Shown in pieces: positions 31,901 to 40,059 of a DNA stretch of 64,000 bases (positions within the stretch are counted from its first letter, which is position 1; each line of letters opens with the position of its first letter). The notes under the pieces are model-generated. The model was given only the letters and a program-made list of their open reading frames with translations. It had not been told where the DNA came from and did no database searches. The stretch comes from Bacteroidota bacterium (GTDB taxonomy: Bacteria; Bacteroidota; Bacteroidia; Bacteroidales; JAADGE01), in contig JAJRUH010000007.1 in NCBI GenBank assembly GCA_024277895.1, positions 2,265-66,264 of the forward strand, read 5' to 3'. The translations under genes and the position numbers were made by a program.

Positions 31901-32528
31901 GTAAGCCTTCATTTAAAAAATTTATATAAAGAGTATTATTAAAAGCAAAAATTCCTGTTATTGCTTTATTTTTGTTATCAAAAATTTTTTTAAGTTGTTT
32001 AGTTTTTAAATCATATTTATATATAATATCATATCCCGAAAAAATAACTTCATAATCTTTAACAATTATATTATTATAAGATTGAAATTCTCGACTTTCT
32101 TTTGTAAGGGAATGATATATGTAATTTCCTGTATTGTTTTTTGAAATAATACCGAAACCTTTTTTACAGGCAACATAAAACCGATTATATTTTTTGTCTT
32201 TTTTTATTTCAACGGGGGAGTCTGAAATTTTTAAATGTTTTTCTGTTGCACCGTCAAAAAAAGTAACGCCCGAATTATCAGCAAATACCATTACTCCTAT
32301 ACTGTCGGAACAAATTGATTTAATTTTTTTTTGTTTCGATAAAGTAAAATTGGTAATATAAGGATAACCTTCCGGAAGTTTATTTAAAGATGTGTCCTTT
32401 TTAATTTTTTCATTTGTATTCGGAACTCTTATTTTTTGATTAACAGTGTTGATACTTTTATACAAAAATCCCGAAAAAATAAAAAAACTTGATAAAATTA
32501 AAAGGGTATAGAAAATGAAATGTTTCAT
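28962..32528 (-). CDS. Sensor protein: periplasmic two-component-regulator-propeller/Y_Y_Y-like region, one TM, cytoplasmic SpoIIE/PP2C phosphatase
   Basis: 1188 aa with a signal peptide and a long beta-propeller-like repeat region. A TM helix (FIISVFTAFLILVSLIISAF) and a coiled coil follow, then a PP2C/SpoIIE domain (DCTGHGVPG...DGMD...SDG). Confidence 0.8.
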   Translation of the reverse strand: MKHFIFYTLLILSSFFIFSGFLYKSINTVNQKIRVPNTNEKIKKDTSLNKLPEGYPYITNFTLSKQKKIKSICSDSIGVMVFADNSGVTFFDGATEKHLKISDSPVEIKKDKKYNRFYVACKKGFGIISKNNTGNYIYHSLTKESREFQSYNNIIVKDYEVIFSGYDIIYKYDLKTKQLKKIFDNKNKAITGIFAFNNTLYINFLNEGLQTLTNNKLTGIITDSLFSFSKIIFNVPFEKNLIIGLSNSRLYIFDGRNYSPYKNNSSKYIEESIINGGGNFNKTQFVVTSINGGAVILDKKTGTILNTLNYITGLPDDEIYAFAVDQTGGLWLAHEYGISRIAFDIPVKNFSRFPGLQGNINTVKFYDSTLYVATGEGLFRLSEIKSYEEVEVAENKRVKYLKKINLSQNNSQSKNISDNNSETQINESDKESDSNSNFFKRWKRRREKKRTETKNISDDSERNAASDNMKIQNNKNKYFYKKSYKTITEYKKIYELHSVKYLYKKIDGINSKCKTITEFNNGILIGSNSGLYYIKNNNLTVVIPEVYIYTLSCNNNSNTFFVSTSKGLYKINFSHNQFYPKTVNSKSLSKIKIKSLLTVNDSTVWASGNNKIYLFLIPGTDILSTEQFDINTDIDEKIIITKEKNKFFFLTKSGAYYYDNKHNNIFEDTKLTNILSDNNQIYILSDSSFTINSGSHILYKGNIRDSLNQLKYAWIFDNVKNITIDNKNDIWLISGNNEIYKIGNKITSEKTLFKLYITNIKDFNGNSFPVTSYLKLNSNYKYINIFLSAPGYLKKDFASYFYGIDISNNNEYSETGKQFLTIPELTPGKHILSMYALNSLDEKSQTIKIIIEIKPPLWKRSWFIISVFTAFLILVSLIISAFYRKKQRKIKEYNDILELKVKERTAEIEKQSKLIQNQNIEIYEQYQKIDYQNKEITGSIRYAGKIQKAALSDIGIYSKYLTDFFILFKPRDIVSGDFYWISESKNKLLIAAVDCTGHGVPGGFLSMLGISFLNEIVKEFSKTEKEIKAADILISLRKKIITALRSHGEEERKDGMDMSLAVIDKKNMQLNFAGANNPAYIIRNEKLAKLEADRMPVGNNKKLNNIPFKNKYVSLKPNDCLYLFSDGYADQFGGIKQKKFNIRRFREMLIHIHHLPMSKQKEMSEKILNKWMGDTEQIDDILLIGIKL

Positions 32529-32643
32529 ATTTAATTATAAATCGAATAATTAAAATTTACTTCAACAATCCGAAAAAGCGTAAATATATTTTAAATAATA
32601 CAAAAAATCAAAATGTTTTTATAAAAAGGATTAAATTAAAGTA

Positions 32644-32651
32644 TAACTTTG
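32644..32651 (+). promoter_or_regulatory. -7 promoter box (TAACTTTG) directly upstream of repeat copy B / yidD
   Basis: TAnnTTTG match. The expected start site falls at about 32657-32661, the first bases of the repeat. Confidence 0.4.
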
Positions 32652-32656
32652 CAAAT

Positions 32657-32901
32657 TAAATAGGGCTTGCTGAAAAGCTCACAGGTGCATAAGATTTCAA
32701 GTTTCTCGTTTGAAGTCGTATATAAATACTGCGAAATAAGAGAAATTTGACAGATGATGTGCCTGTGGGCAGCTAAAATATTTTACACAAGTGCAAGGAA
32801 ATAGGGTTAAATGAATTAAAAACCTTGCACTTATATATGAAAATAACCTTATACGTAACTGAAACACAAATACATTAGCGTTTTTCAGCAAGCCCTAAAT
32901 A
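32657..32901 (+). repeat. TIR-bounded structured intergenic repeat, copy B (MITE-like)
   Basis: Perfect 16-nt TIRs at 32661-32676 and 32882-32897, flanked by TAAATA on both sides, with nested internal helices (see findings). Confidence 0.8.
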
Positions 32902-32951
32902 AAACATTTGGCTTTTATTAATCGGTTAATGACAATAATTAAAATAAAAAT

Positions 32952-33254
32952 ATGAATATTTTAAGGAAAATATTTTTTCAGATAGCTGTTGCACCGATTA
33001 AATTTTATCGTTTTGCAATTTCACCTTATACACCATCTTCTTGTCGTCATATACCCACTTGTTCGGAGTATGCCGTTGAGGCAATTCGTATTCACGGATT
33101 AAAAGGTTTTTGGATGGCTGCAGTAAGAATTTCACACTGTCATCCTTGGGGAACATCAGGATATGACCCGGTTCTGCCTAAAGGAATGCATAAAATTAAA
33201 GTAAACACCATTGATTTGGGAAAATATAATGATGAAACCGAACCAAAAAATTAA
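32952..33254 (+). CDS. yidD: Membrane protein insertion efficiency factor YidD
   Basis: 100 aa with the conserved motif [11 protein letters not shown]. Confidence 0.85.
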   Translation: MNILRKIFFQIAVAPIKFYRFAISPYTPSSCRHIPTCSEYAVEAIRIHGLKGFWMAAVRISHCHPWGTSGYDPVLPKGMHKIKVNTIDLGKYNDETEPKN

Positions 33255-33738
33255 GATTAACCGTTTGTTGTTATTATTTGCTGCAGTATTTTTTTTGTTT
33301 ATTTTTCCCTGGACAAAAAATATTCCAATTTTTCGTGCCGAAAATATTACTTGGAATATCTTAAAATCTGCAGTTAAAACAAATAAATTTGATTCTCATT
33401 CCTTTTCTTTTGCCCCCGTATATAAACTGAATGATGAAATTAAAAAGTTAAACAAAAAAGAAATTATCATTGAAGGATTTTTCAAAAAAGAAGCACATAA
33501 AACAGGTGCTGAATATATATTGACAGAAACAGTTACGGAAGTTTGTTTTGCTTGTGATCATGATACACATTATAATATGATACAATTAATTCCCGGTGCA
33601 GAACAAAAAATATTGTTTGATACTCTGCCGAATGATACTTTAATAAAAGTCAGAGGTATTTTTCAAATTAATAACAAAAGAAATGCACTATCTGTTTTTT
33701 TATTAAAAAATGCACATTTAGAACAGTTTAAAAAATAA
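33229..33738 (+). CDS. Hypothetical membrane-anchored protein
   Basis: The ORF opens at 33211 (TTG). ATG codons at 33229 and 33232 precede a hydrophobic anchor ([12 protein letters not shown]). No family recognised. Confidence 0.5.
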   Translation: MMKPNQKIKINRLLLLFAAVFFLFIFPWTKNIPIFRAENITWNILKSAVKTNKFDSHSFSFAPVYKLNDEIKKLNKKEIIIEGFFKKEAHKTGAEYILTETVTEVCFACDHDTHYNMIQLIPGAEQKILFDTLPNDTLIKVRGIFQINNKRNALSVFLLKNAHLEQFKK

Positions 33739-33740
33739 AT

Positions 33741-34811
33741 ATGTTTTTATTAACCATTCTGCAACAGGCTGTTACAATTACAATTTTTGTGTTAGTGATG
33801 ATGATTGTTATTGAATATATTACAATTCGGCACAAAGGAAAAACCGAAAAAAAAACACCGTCAAATCCGTTTATGCAAATTTTATTTGCTGTTTTTATGG
33901 GGTTAATTCCCGGTTGTTTGGGAACTTATGCTGTTGTATCTTTATACATTCACGGATCGGTAAGTTTTGCGGCACTAACGGCAGCTTTTATTGCAACGTC
34001 CGGTGATGAAGCATTTATCATGTTTTCGATGATACCGGAAACAGCCGTAAAATTAATGATCATAATTTTTATTGTTGCATTAATAGTCGGTATCATTACT
34101 CATTTTATTTTCAAAGGAAAAATGTTTGAAGGAAAATCAGCAAACCATCAATTTATTCATACACAAGAACCGCAATGTCGCTCACATAATTTTAAAATTT
34201 TACCGAAGCAATTAAGACATATTATATGGCAAAGAGCAGTAATTTTATTATTCGGGCTGGTTTTTTTAACCATTTTAATTTTTTTCGGAGATGCTCCTGA
34301 ACATGGAATTCATATTATTGAAAATTCAGGGCAAGATTCCGAAATCGGTAAATGGGGTTGGGAACGAATTATCTTTTTTATTGTTACTTGTATCGGGCTT
34401 TTTATTGCCCTTACTGTTACTGATCATTTTTTGAAAAAACATTTGTGGGCTCACATAATAAAAAAACACTTTTTGAAGTTATTATTATGGACTTTTGCAA
34501 CATTTTTTGTTCTCCGATTCTTAAACGAATATGTTAACATTAAAGAGCTTATAGCAGGAAATGTGTATATTGTTTTATTTATTGCAGCTTTAATAGGAAT
34601 AATTCCCGAAAGCGGTCCGCATATTATTTTTATAAGTATGTTTGCCGCAGGACTAATTCCGTTCCCTGTATTATTAACAAATTCAATTGTGCAGGACGGA
34701 CACGGTTCTATTCCGTTATTAGCGGAATCGGGGAAAAGTTTTATAGTTGTGAAATTAATTAATTTTATTGCAGGTTTAATCTTCGGATATACCTTATTAT
34801 TTTTCTTATAA
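33741..34811 (+). CDS. Polytopic permease, possibly ArsP_2-type 10-TM metal exporter
   Basis: 356 aa with about 10 TM segments and paired motifs SGDEAFIMF and PESGPHIIF. The family assignment is from memory and is tentative. Confidence 0.55.
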   Translation: MFLLTILQQAVTITIFVLVMMIVIEYITIRHKGKTEKKTPSNPFMQILFAVFMGLIPGCLGTYAVVSLYIHGSVSFAALTAAFIATSGDEAFIMFSMIPETAVKLMIIIFIVALIVGIITHFIFKGKMFEGKSANHQFIHTQEPQCRSHNFKILPKQLRHIIWQRAVILLFGLVFLTILIFFGDAPEHGIHIIENSGQDSEIGKWGWERIIFFIVTCIGLFIALTVTDHFLKKHLWAHIIKKHFLKLLLWTFATFFVLRFLNEYVNIKELIAGNVYIVLFIAALIGIIPESGPHIIFISMFAAGLIPFPVLLTNSIVQDGHGSIPLLAESGKSFIVVKLINFIAGLIFGYTLLFFL

Positions 34812-34828
34812 ATTTAAAACACAAAATC

Positions 34829-35704
34829 ATGAAAAAGTACCTTATTTTATTCTTAATTCCTTTGTTTTTCGCTTGCGGAAAAAGTAAAGAAGAAATCAGA
34901 CTCGAAAACAAAGTTGACAGTTTGCAGACAATTACTTCCGGCGACAAAGAATCAATTAATGAGTATTTGAAAACATTTAATGAAATTCAGGAAAATATTA
35001 ATACAATTAAAGAAAAAGAAAATATTATTACAACTAAAACTGTCGGCGATAACGAATTGGAAGATACTGATGTAGAGTCAATTAACAATGATATTTTGGC
35101 AATTTACGAAATGATGCAAGATAATAAAAAGAAATTAAGTTATTTGCGGAATAAATTGAATAAATCAAATTCAAAAAATTCGGAACTGGCGAGAACCATT
35201 AAACTTTTAAATCAAAATGTTGCTCAAAAGGATATTGAATTAGACGATTTAAGAACACAATTAAAAAATAAAAATATCGACATTACCAAGTTAAATGCAC
35301 AGATAGATTCAATTAACAAAAGTTTTAATGAATTAACTTTGGATAACGAAAGCAAAAATGTTATAATTGATTCGCAAGAAACTCAATTGAATACTGCATT
35401 TTATATTATTGACAGTAAACGGAATTTAAAAGAAAAAGGAATTTTAGAATCCGACGGAGGATTTATCGGAATTGGTGCAAATACAAAAGTTAAACTTAAA
35501 GAAGCCGAATTTAAACAAATTGATATCAGAGAAGTAACGGAATTTTCTTTAAATGATGCCAAAAAGGTTCAGTTGATTACCGATCATCCGGAGGGTTCGT
35601 ACAGATTTGATAAAACTTCTAAAGGACGGTATGACAAATTGGTCGTTACTAATCCTGAAGAGTTTTGGAAAATGTCAAAATATTTAGTTGTTTCGGTAAA
35701 ATAA
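34829..35704 (+). CDS. Coiled-coil lipoprotein (hypothetical)
   Basis: 291 aa with a lipobox (LFFAC), a long coiled-coil centre and a conserved-looking C-terminal domain. Confidence 0.6.
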   Translation: MKKYLILFLIPLFFACGKSKEEIRLENKVDSLQTITSGDKESINEYLKTFNEIQENINTIKEKENIITTKTVGDNELEDTDVESINNDILAIYEMMQDNKKKLSYLRNKLNKSNSKNSELARTIKLLNQNVAQKDIELDDLRTQLKNKNIDITKLNAQIDSINKSFNELTLDNESKNVIIDSQETQLNTAFYIIDSKRNLKEKGILESDGGFIGIGANTKVKLKEAEFKQIDIREVTEFSLNDAKKVQLITDHPEGSYRFDKTSKGRYDKLVVTNPEEFWKMSKYLVVSVK

Positions 35705-35725
35705 AATTTCTTTGAAAAATACGAT

Positions 35726-35761
35726 AAGAGTGCTGTCAGATTTGATACGGCACTCTTTTTT
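35726..35761. terminator. Bidirectional intrinsic terminator
   Basis: AAGAGTGC / GCACTCTT 8-bp stem followed by a T-run, between convergent genes. Confidence 0.55.
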
Positions 35762-36809
35762 AGTTAAATACAGTCCAAACAATATACGCCGCATACAGAA
35801 ATATTAAGAAATAACCGAATGTTTTTCCGACTTTCCATTTGTTTATAAGAAAAAAGAACAGAACTATAAGAATTGAAGCCAAAAGAAAATAAACCGATTT
35901 TTTAAGATTTCCGGAATAAATGCTTATCGTTCCGCCGGAAGCAAAAATAAAAAGTAAAAACGGCAACCCCAAACCTATCAAAATATCAAAAATATTTGAA
36001 CCTACGGCATTGCTGACAGCCATTCCGCCTCTGCCTTGTTTTGATACAATAAGCGAAGAAACCAAATCGGGAACAGATGTTCCGGCAGCCAAAATTGTTA
36101 AAGCAATTACGGTTTCCGAAATTTCGGCAATACGGGCAATTTGTACGGCACTTTCAACAAGCAACCAACTGATTCCCGCAATAATAAAAATTGAAATAAC
36201 AAATACGGCAAAATTATATTTCAAAGGAGGAAAAATAAGGTTAATTAGATAATCAACAGGTGTCGTAATTTTTTTAAGCAGTGTTTTCTTTTCGGCAAGA
36301 GGTTTATTATTGCTGAATTTTGCTTCGTCATCCGGATCTTTGTATTTGAAAATTTTTCTCCATTTTACTACAACAAACACATAAATAAGATATACGATAA
36401 TCATTAACCCTGCTTCAAAATAAGTAACTTTTCCGTCAATTAAAGTAAGAAGGAGAAGGATAACGGCAAGGGCATAAAAAAACAAATCGCGCAAAACGGC
36501 TTGTTTTGCAATTACGGCTTTTCTTACAATTGCAGATGCTCCTATTATGGCAAGCAGATTAAATAGTGCTGAGCCGACAATATTCCCGATTCCTATTCCT
36601 TCGTGGTCTCCGGGACGAAAAACGGCAAATAAAGCTACGAATAATTCCGGAGCGCTGGAACCTACAGCCATAAGCGTAGCTCCGGCAGCATCGTGCGACA
36701 TTTTTAATTTTTCGGCAATTCTGTCTAACGATTCTACAAAATAGTCGTCAACAACTTTTGCAAGAACATAAAACGACAACAGTAATATTAAAATGTATAA
36801 TACAAGCAT
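35760..36809 (-). CDS. Ca2+/cation antiporter (CaCA family, YrbG-like)
   Basis: 349 aa with two alpha-repeat signatures, GSSAPE and GTSVPD. Confidence 0.85.
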   Translation of the reverse strand: MLVLYILILLLSFYVLAKVVDDYFVESLDRIAEKLKMSHDAAGATLMAVGSSAPELFVALFAVFRPGDHEGIGIGNIVGSALFNLLAIIGASAIVRKAVIAKQAVLRDLFFYALAVILLLLTLIDGKVTYFEAGLMIIVYLIYVFVVVKWRKIFKYKDPDDEAKFSNNKPLAEKKTLLKKITTPVDYLINLIFPPLKYNFAVFVISIFIIAGISWLLVESAVQIARIAEISETVIALTILAAGTSVPDLVSSLIVSKQGRGGMAVSNAVGSNIFDILIGLGLPFLLFIFASGGTISIYSGNLKKSVYFLLASILIVLFFFLINKWKVGKTFGYFLIFLYAAYIVWTVFN

Positions 36810-36830
36810 ATATTTTGCGTGAAACTTTTA

Positions 36831-36863
36831 AGACTCGGCAGGTTTTTAAAACCTGCCGAGTCT
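36831..36863 (-). terminator. Strong hairpin downstream of the PMM/PGM gene
   Basis: Near-perfect 33-nt palindrome AGACTCGGCAGGTTTTTAAAACCTGCCGAGTCT with a GC-rich stem. The U-tract on the minus strand is poor. Confidence 0.5.
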
Positions 36864-36874
36864 GCATTCGATAA

Positions 36875-38206
36875 TTAATCAAATTGTTTAATAATTCCGG
36901 TTATTTCCGCAACTTTTTCGTCAAGAAGTTTTTTTGATTTTGCTTCAATCAACATTCTTAAATAAGGTTCCGTATTTGAAGGGCGAATATTAAACCACCA
37001 ATCGGCATATTCTATTCTGTATCCGTCAAAATCGTAAAAAGCCGCAGGTTTTTCTTTGTTCAGGTAAAAATCTTTTACGGCATCCATTGCTTCTTTTTTC
37101 TTTTCGAGTTTGAAATTTATTTCGCCGGAATTTTCGTAAGCCGCAATTTTTGAAATCATCTCCGAAACGCTTATTCCCTGTTTTTTCTTTTCTGAAATTA
37201 CGTCTAAAAATATTAAACTTGCCAAAAGTCCGGAATCGGAATAGTAAAAATCACGAAAATAATAATGCCCTGCAAGTTCGCCTCCGAAAACACCGTCAAT
37301 TTCCCGTAATTTTAATGCGGCATAGGCACGTCCCACTCGCCACATATTCATCTCAAAACGGTCGCCTACGTATTCGGCAACGGCTTTTGAAGTTCGTATA
37401 TCCTGTAAAAATTTGCCTTTTTCGTTTTTATAATAATCGGCTAAAACGGCAATCATTAAATCGGGCGAAATAAATTTTGCGTTTTCGTCAACAAACATAA
37501 CACGGTCGGCATCGCCGTCAAAAATAACACCTATATCTGCATTTTCTTTCTTTACCAAATTTTGTAAATCTATAATATTTTCCGGTATAAGCGGATTTGC
37601 TTCGTGGTTAGGAAAAGTTCCGTCAAGTTCGTCAAAAATATAAGCCGGTTTGTCGCCGAGCAAGTCTTTGATAAGCAATGCAGCCATTCCGTTAGAGCAA
37701 TCTGTCGCAACTTTAAGATTTGAAATATCCGGAACGTATTTTTTTAAGAAATCAATATATTCTTGTTTTTGGTTGTATTCAATAATTTTACCTCTGTTTT
37801 CCGGAATCGTAATTTTTTCGGTTTTCATCATTGTTTCCAAATCTTTTAAACCGCTGTCGTATCCTACCGGCAAGGCATTCGTTCGTGAAATTTTCATACC
37901 GTTGTATTGCTTTGCGTTATGCGAAGCCGTAATCATAACCGAAGCATCGAAGCCGTGTTTTGCCGTAAGGTAATAGACCATAGGCGTAGTTGAAAGCCCG
38001 AGATTATACACATCGGCTCCGGCATCGTTTATGCCTTTGCTCAGGTATTCAAAAATTTCGGGAGAAGAAACTCTTACGTCCCTGCCTACGAGTATTTTAT
38101 TTGTTTTTAACAGTTTAGGCAAAAAGTATCCGACTTTATATGCATCCTCTTTATTAAAATCTTCGTTGTAAACGCCTCTTATGTCGTATGCGTGAAATGC
38201 TTTCAT
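36875..38206 (-). CDS. Phosphomannomutase / phosphoglucomutase
   Basis: 443 aa with active-site TASHN and Mg-binding DGDADR. Confidence 0.88.
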   Translation of the reverse strand: MKAFHAYDIRGVYNEDFNKEDAYKVGYFLPKLLKTNKILVGRDVRVSSPEIFEYLSKGINDAGADVYNLGLSTTPMVYYLTAKHGFDASVMITASHNAKQYNGMKISRTNALPVGYDSGLKDLETMMKTEKITIPENRGKIIEYNQKQEYIDFLKKYVPDISNLKVATDCSNGMAALLIKDLLGDKPAYIFDELDGTFPNHEANPLIPENIIDLQNLVKKENADIGVIFDGDADRVMFVDENAKFISPDLMIAVLADYYKNEKGKFLQDIRTSKAVAEYVGDRFEMNMWRVGRAYAALKLREIDGVFGGELAGHYYFRDFYYSDSGLLASLIFLDVISEKKKQGISVSEMISKIAAYENSGEINFKLEKKKEAMDAVKDFYLNKEKPAAFYDFDGYRIEYADWWFNIRPSNTEPYLRMLIEAKSKKLLDEKVAEITGIIKQFD

Positions 38207-38387
38207 ATTAATAAATTTATAATGTTATAATTTTGCAAAGTTACTATTTTTTTATTGCTTTCAAACTTGACAGATATGTGTTTTCAGGAAATTATATTCA
38301 AATATTTTATAAATTTTTTAGTTATTTTAAAATCAAATTTTTTACATTTGTACTGAAATTTATTTATTAACATAAAACACAAAAATT

Positions 38388-38909
38388 ATGATTAAGAAAC
38401 TATTTTTAGCTGTTGCAATTATCTTTTTTGCATCAAGCGTTTTTTCACAAAATTTTGCAAAAGGGGATAAAGCTCTTAATGTTGGTATCGGTTTGGGATG
38501 GTCAAGCTATGTGACTTCGCTTTCTCCTATTCCTTCTTTTAATGCAAGTTTTGAAGCAGGTATTGTTGATATCCCTAATGTAGGGGTAATTGGTGTAGGC
38601 GGTTTTGGCGGTTTCAGATTTTCACCATATACAGGAGGTGTTTATACTAATACAATTGTTGCAGGTCGCGGTGTTTTCCATTTTCAGTTTTTTGATACCG
38701 GAGATTTCGATTTGTATGCCGGAGCTCAAGTAGGTATTGGTTTTACAAGTTGGAATTATAATGATAATTATTACGATTATAACAATTCTTATCTTGTAGA
38801 TGATGTTTTCGTAGGGGCAAGATGGATGAAAAACGATAAATTCGGATTTTTTGGTGAACTCGGATACGGAATATCTTATTTAAAAGCAGGAATTGTTTTA
38901 AAATTCTGA
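38388..38909 (+). CDS. Small outer-membrane beta-barrel protein (hypothetical)
   Basis: 173 aa with a signal peptide, alternating Gly/aromatic beta-strand pattern and C-terminal F. Confidence 0.55.
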   Translation: MIKKLFLAVAIIFFASSVFSQNFAKGDKALNVGIGLGWSSYVTSLSPIPSFNASFEAGIVDIPNVGVIGVGGFGGFRFSPYTGGVYTNTIVAGRGVFHFQFFDTGDFDLYAGAQVGIGFTSWNYNDNYYDYNNSYLVDDVFVGARWMKNDKFGFFGELGYGISYLKAGIVLKF

Positions 38910-38922
38910 TAAAAATTAATAT

Positions 38923-38962
38923 AAAAAAAAGATGCATTCAATTAATGAGTGCATCTTTTTTT
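38923..38962. terminator. Bidirectional intrinsic terminator
   Basis: AGATGCA / TGCATCT stem flanked by an A-run and a T-run, between convergent genes. Confidence 0.6.
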
Positions 38963-38976
38963 ATTTTGTAAGATAA

Positions 38977-39444
38977 TTATATCAAATCAAATTTTTGCCA
39001 ACCCGAATCCGGGTCATTACCTTTCACATCCAAGCCGGCATAAAATAACCATTCGTGATTAGCAAAATGTCCGTTGTAAGAAGGGACTGCACCGGAATTT
39101 AATTTAATGTCAATATTCCAGGTATAAGATTGTTTTGCTTCCAAAGTTTGAGTTTCCGCAACAATAAATTCTTTTTTAGGAAAACGATCGGTTGAAAGAG
39201 ATAATCCTAAATTTGCCTGTTCTCTGAGATATTGAGGTAATGAATCTTTAGGGATGGTAATTTTTTCGACACTTTTTACCCAAAGATACACTTTTTGAAC
39301 TTTCAGAGGACTATCTTTAACTTCAACATTAACTGTAATATTAAGCGTTTCGCTGATATCATTTCCGTTTACGAAAACGCTTACGTTTGCTCCGCCGCCT
39401 GTAATTTTGCTTACGGCACCTTTCAGTTTCTTTAAAAACCCCAT
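38977..39444 (-). CDS. Hypothetical protein (Spo0M/arrestin-like N-terminus?)
   Basis: 155 aa, 2 nt downstream of the kbp-like gene. The N-terminus MGFLKKLKGAVSKITGGGANV resembles Spo0M-type proteins. This is a weak call. Confidence 0.5.
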   Translation of the reverse strand: MGFLKKLKGAVSKITGGGANVSVFVNGNDISETLNITVNVEVKDSPLKVQKVYLWVKSVEKITIPKDSLPQYLREQANLGLSLSTDRFPKKEFIVAETQTLEAKQSYTWNIDIKLNSGAVPSYNGHFANHEWLFYAGLDVKGNDPDSGWQKFDLI

Positions 39445-39446
39445 TT

Positions 39447-39896
39447 TTATAATTTAGGAATTCTTAGAGCTTGTCCGGGATAAATTAAATTCGGGTCTTT
39501 AAGCATCGGTTTGTTAGCTTCAAATAATTCCTTGTATTTCATAGGGTTACCATATATTGCCTTTGCAATTTTACTTAAAGAATCTCCTTTTTTGACTGTA
39601 TAGAATTCAGGTGTACTTTCGTCAATAATCTTTCCTTCGGCAGTTGAAACTGCAATAAAATCTTCAACTTCGGCTACTCCGTCAATATTCCCCAAACCCA
39701 TAATAACTTTTTCTTTTACTGCCGGGTCTTTTACTTTTCCCCAAACAGAAACTTTATCTCCCGAAACTTCTATTTTCAAACCTTCAACATTTAAATTAAA
39801 GCGTTTGATAATGCTTTCCATAAATTTTGCTTTTTCTGCATCTGAAACACCTTCCGGTTTTTTTCCGGCACTTTTTGTAAATGGAAATAATCCCAT
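39447..39896 (-). CDS. kbp: BON + LysM domain protein (Kbp/YgaU-like)
   Basis: 149 aa. The sequence runs colinear with E. coli YgaU/Kbp as I remember it (MGLF..., FYTVKKGDSLSKIAK..YGN...Y..IFEANKPMLKDP..IYPGQ.LRIP). Confidence 0.85.
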   Translation of the reverse strand: MGLFPFTKSAGKKPEGVSDAEKAKFMESIIKRFNLNVEGLKIEVSGDKVSVWGKVKDPAVKEKVIMGLGNIDGVAEVEDFIAVSTAEGKIIDESTPEFYTVKKGDSLSKIAKAIYGNPMKYKELFEANKPMLKDPNLIYPGQALRIPKL

Positions 39897-40059
39897 AATG
39901 TTATAATTTTACTGTTTAATACACAAAAATAGTTATATTTATTTAAAATTAAATTTTTTTAATGTTGTATTTGAATTTAGGCTATATTAATATTATATCT
40001 TTTTAATAAAAAACTTTATCTTTGTATGTTCTATAAAACGATAAGTGAAATTATAATTA

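Noticed and set aside
32697-32891. 64-aa minus-strand ORF in the track
   Set aside because: It lies entirely inside repeat copy B and is antisense to the orientation favoured by G-U pairing. It shows no coding features.
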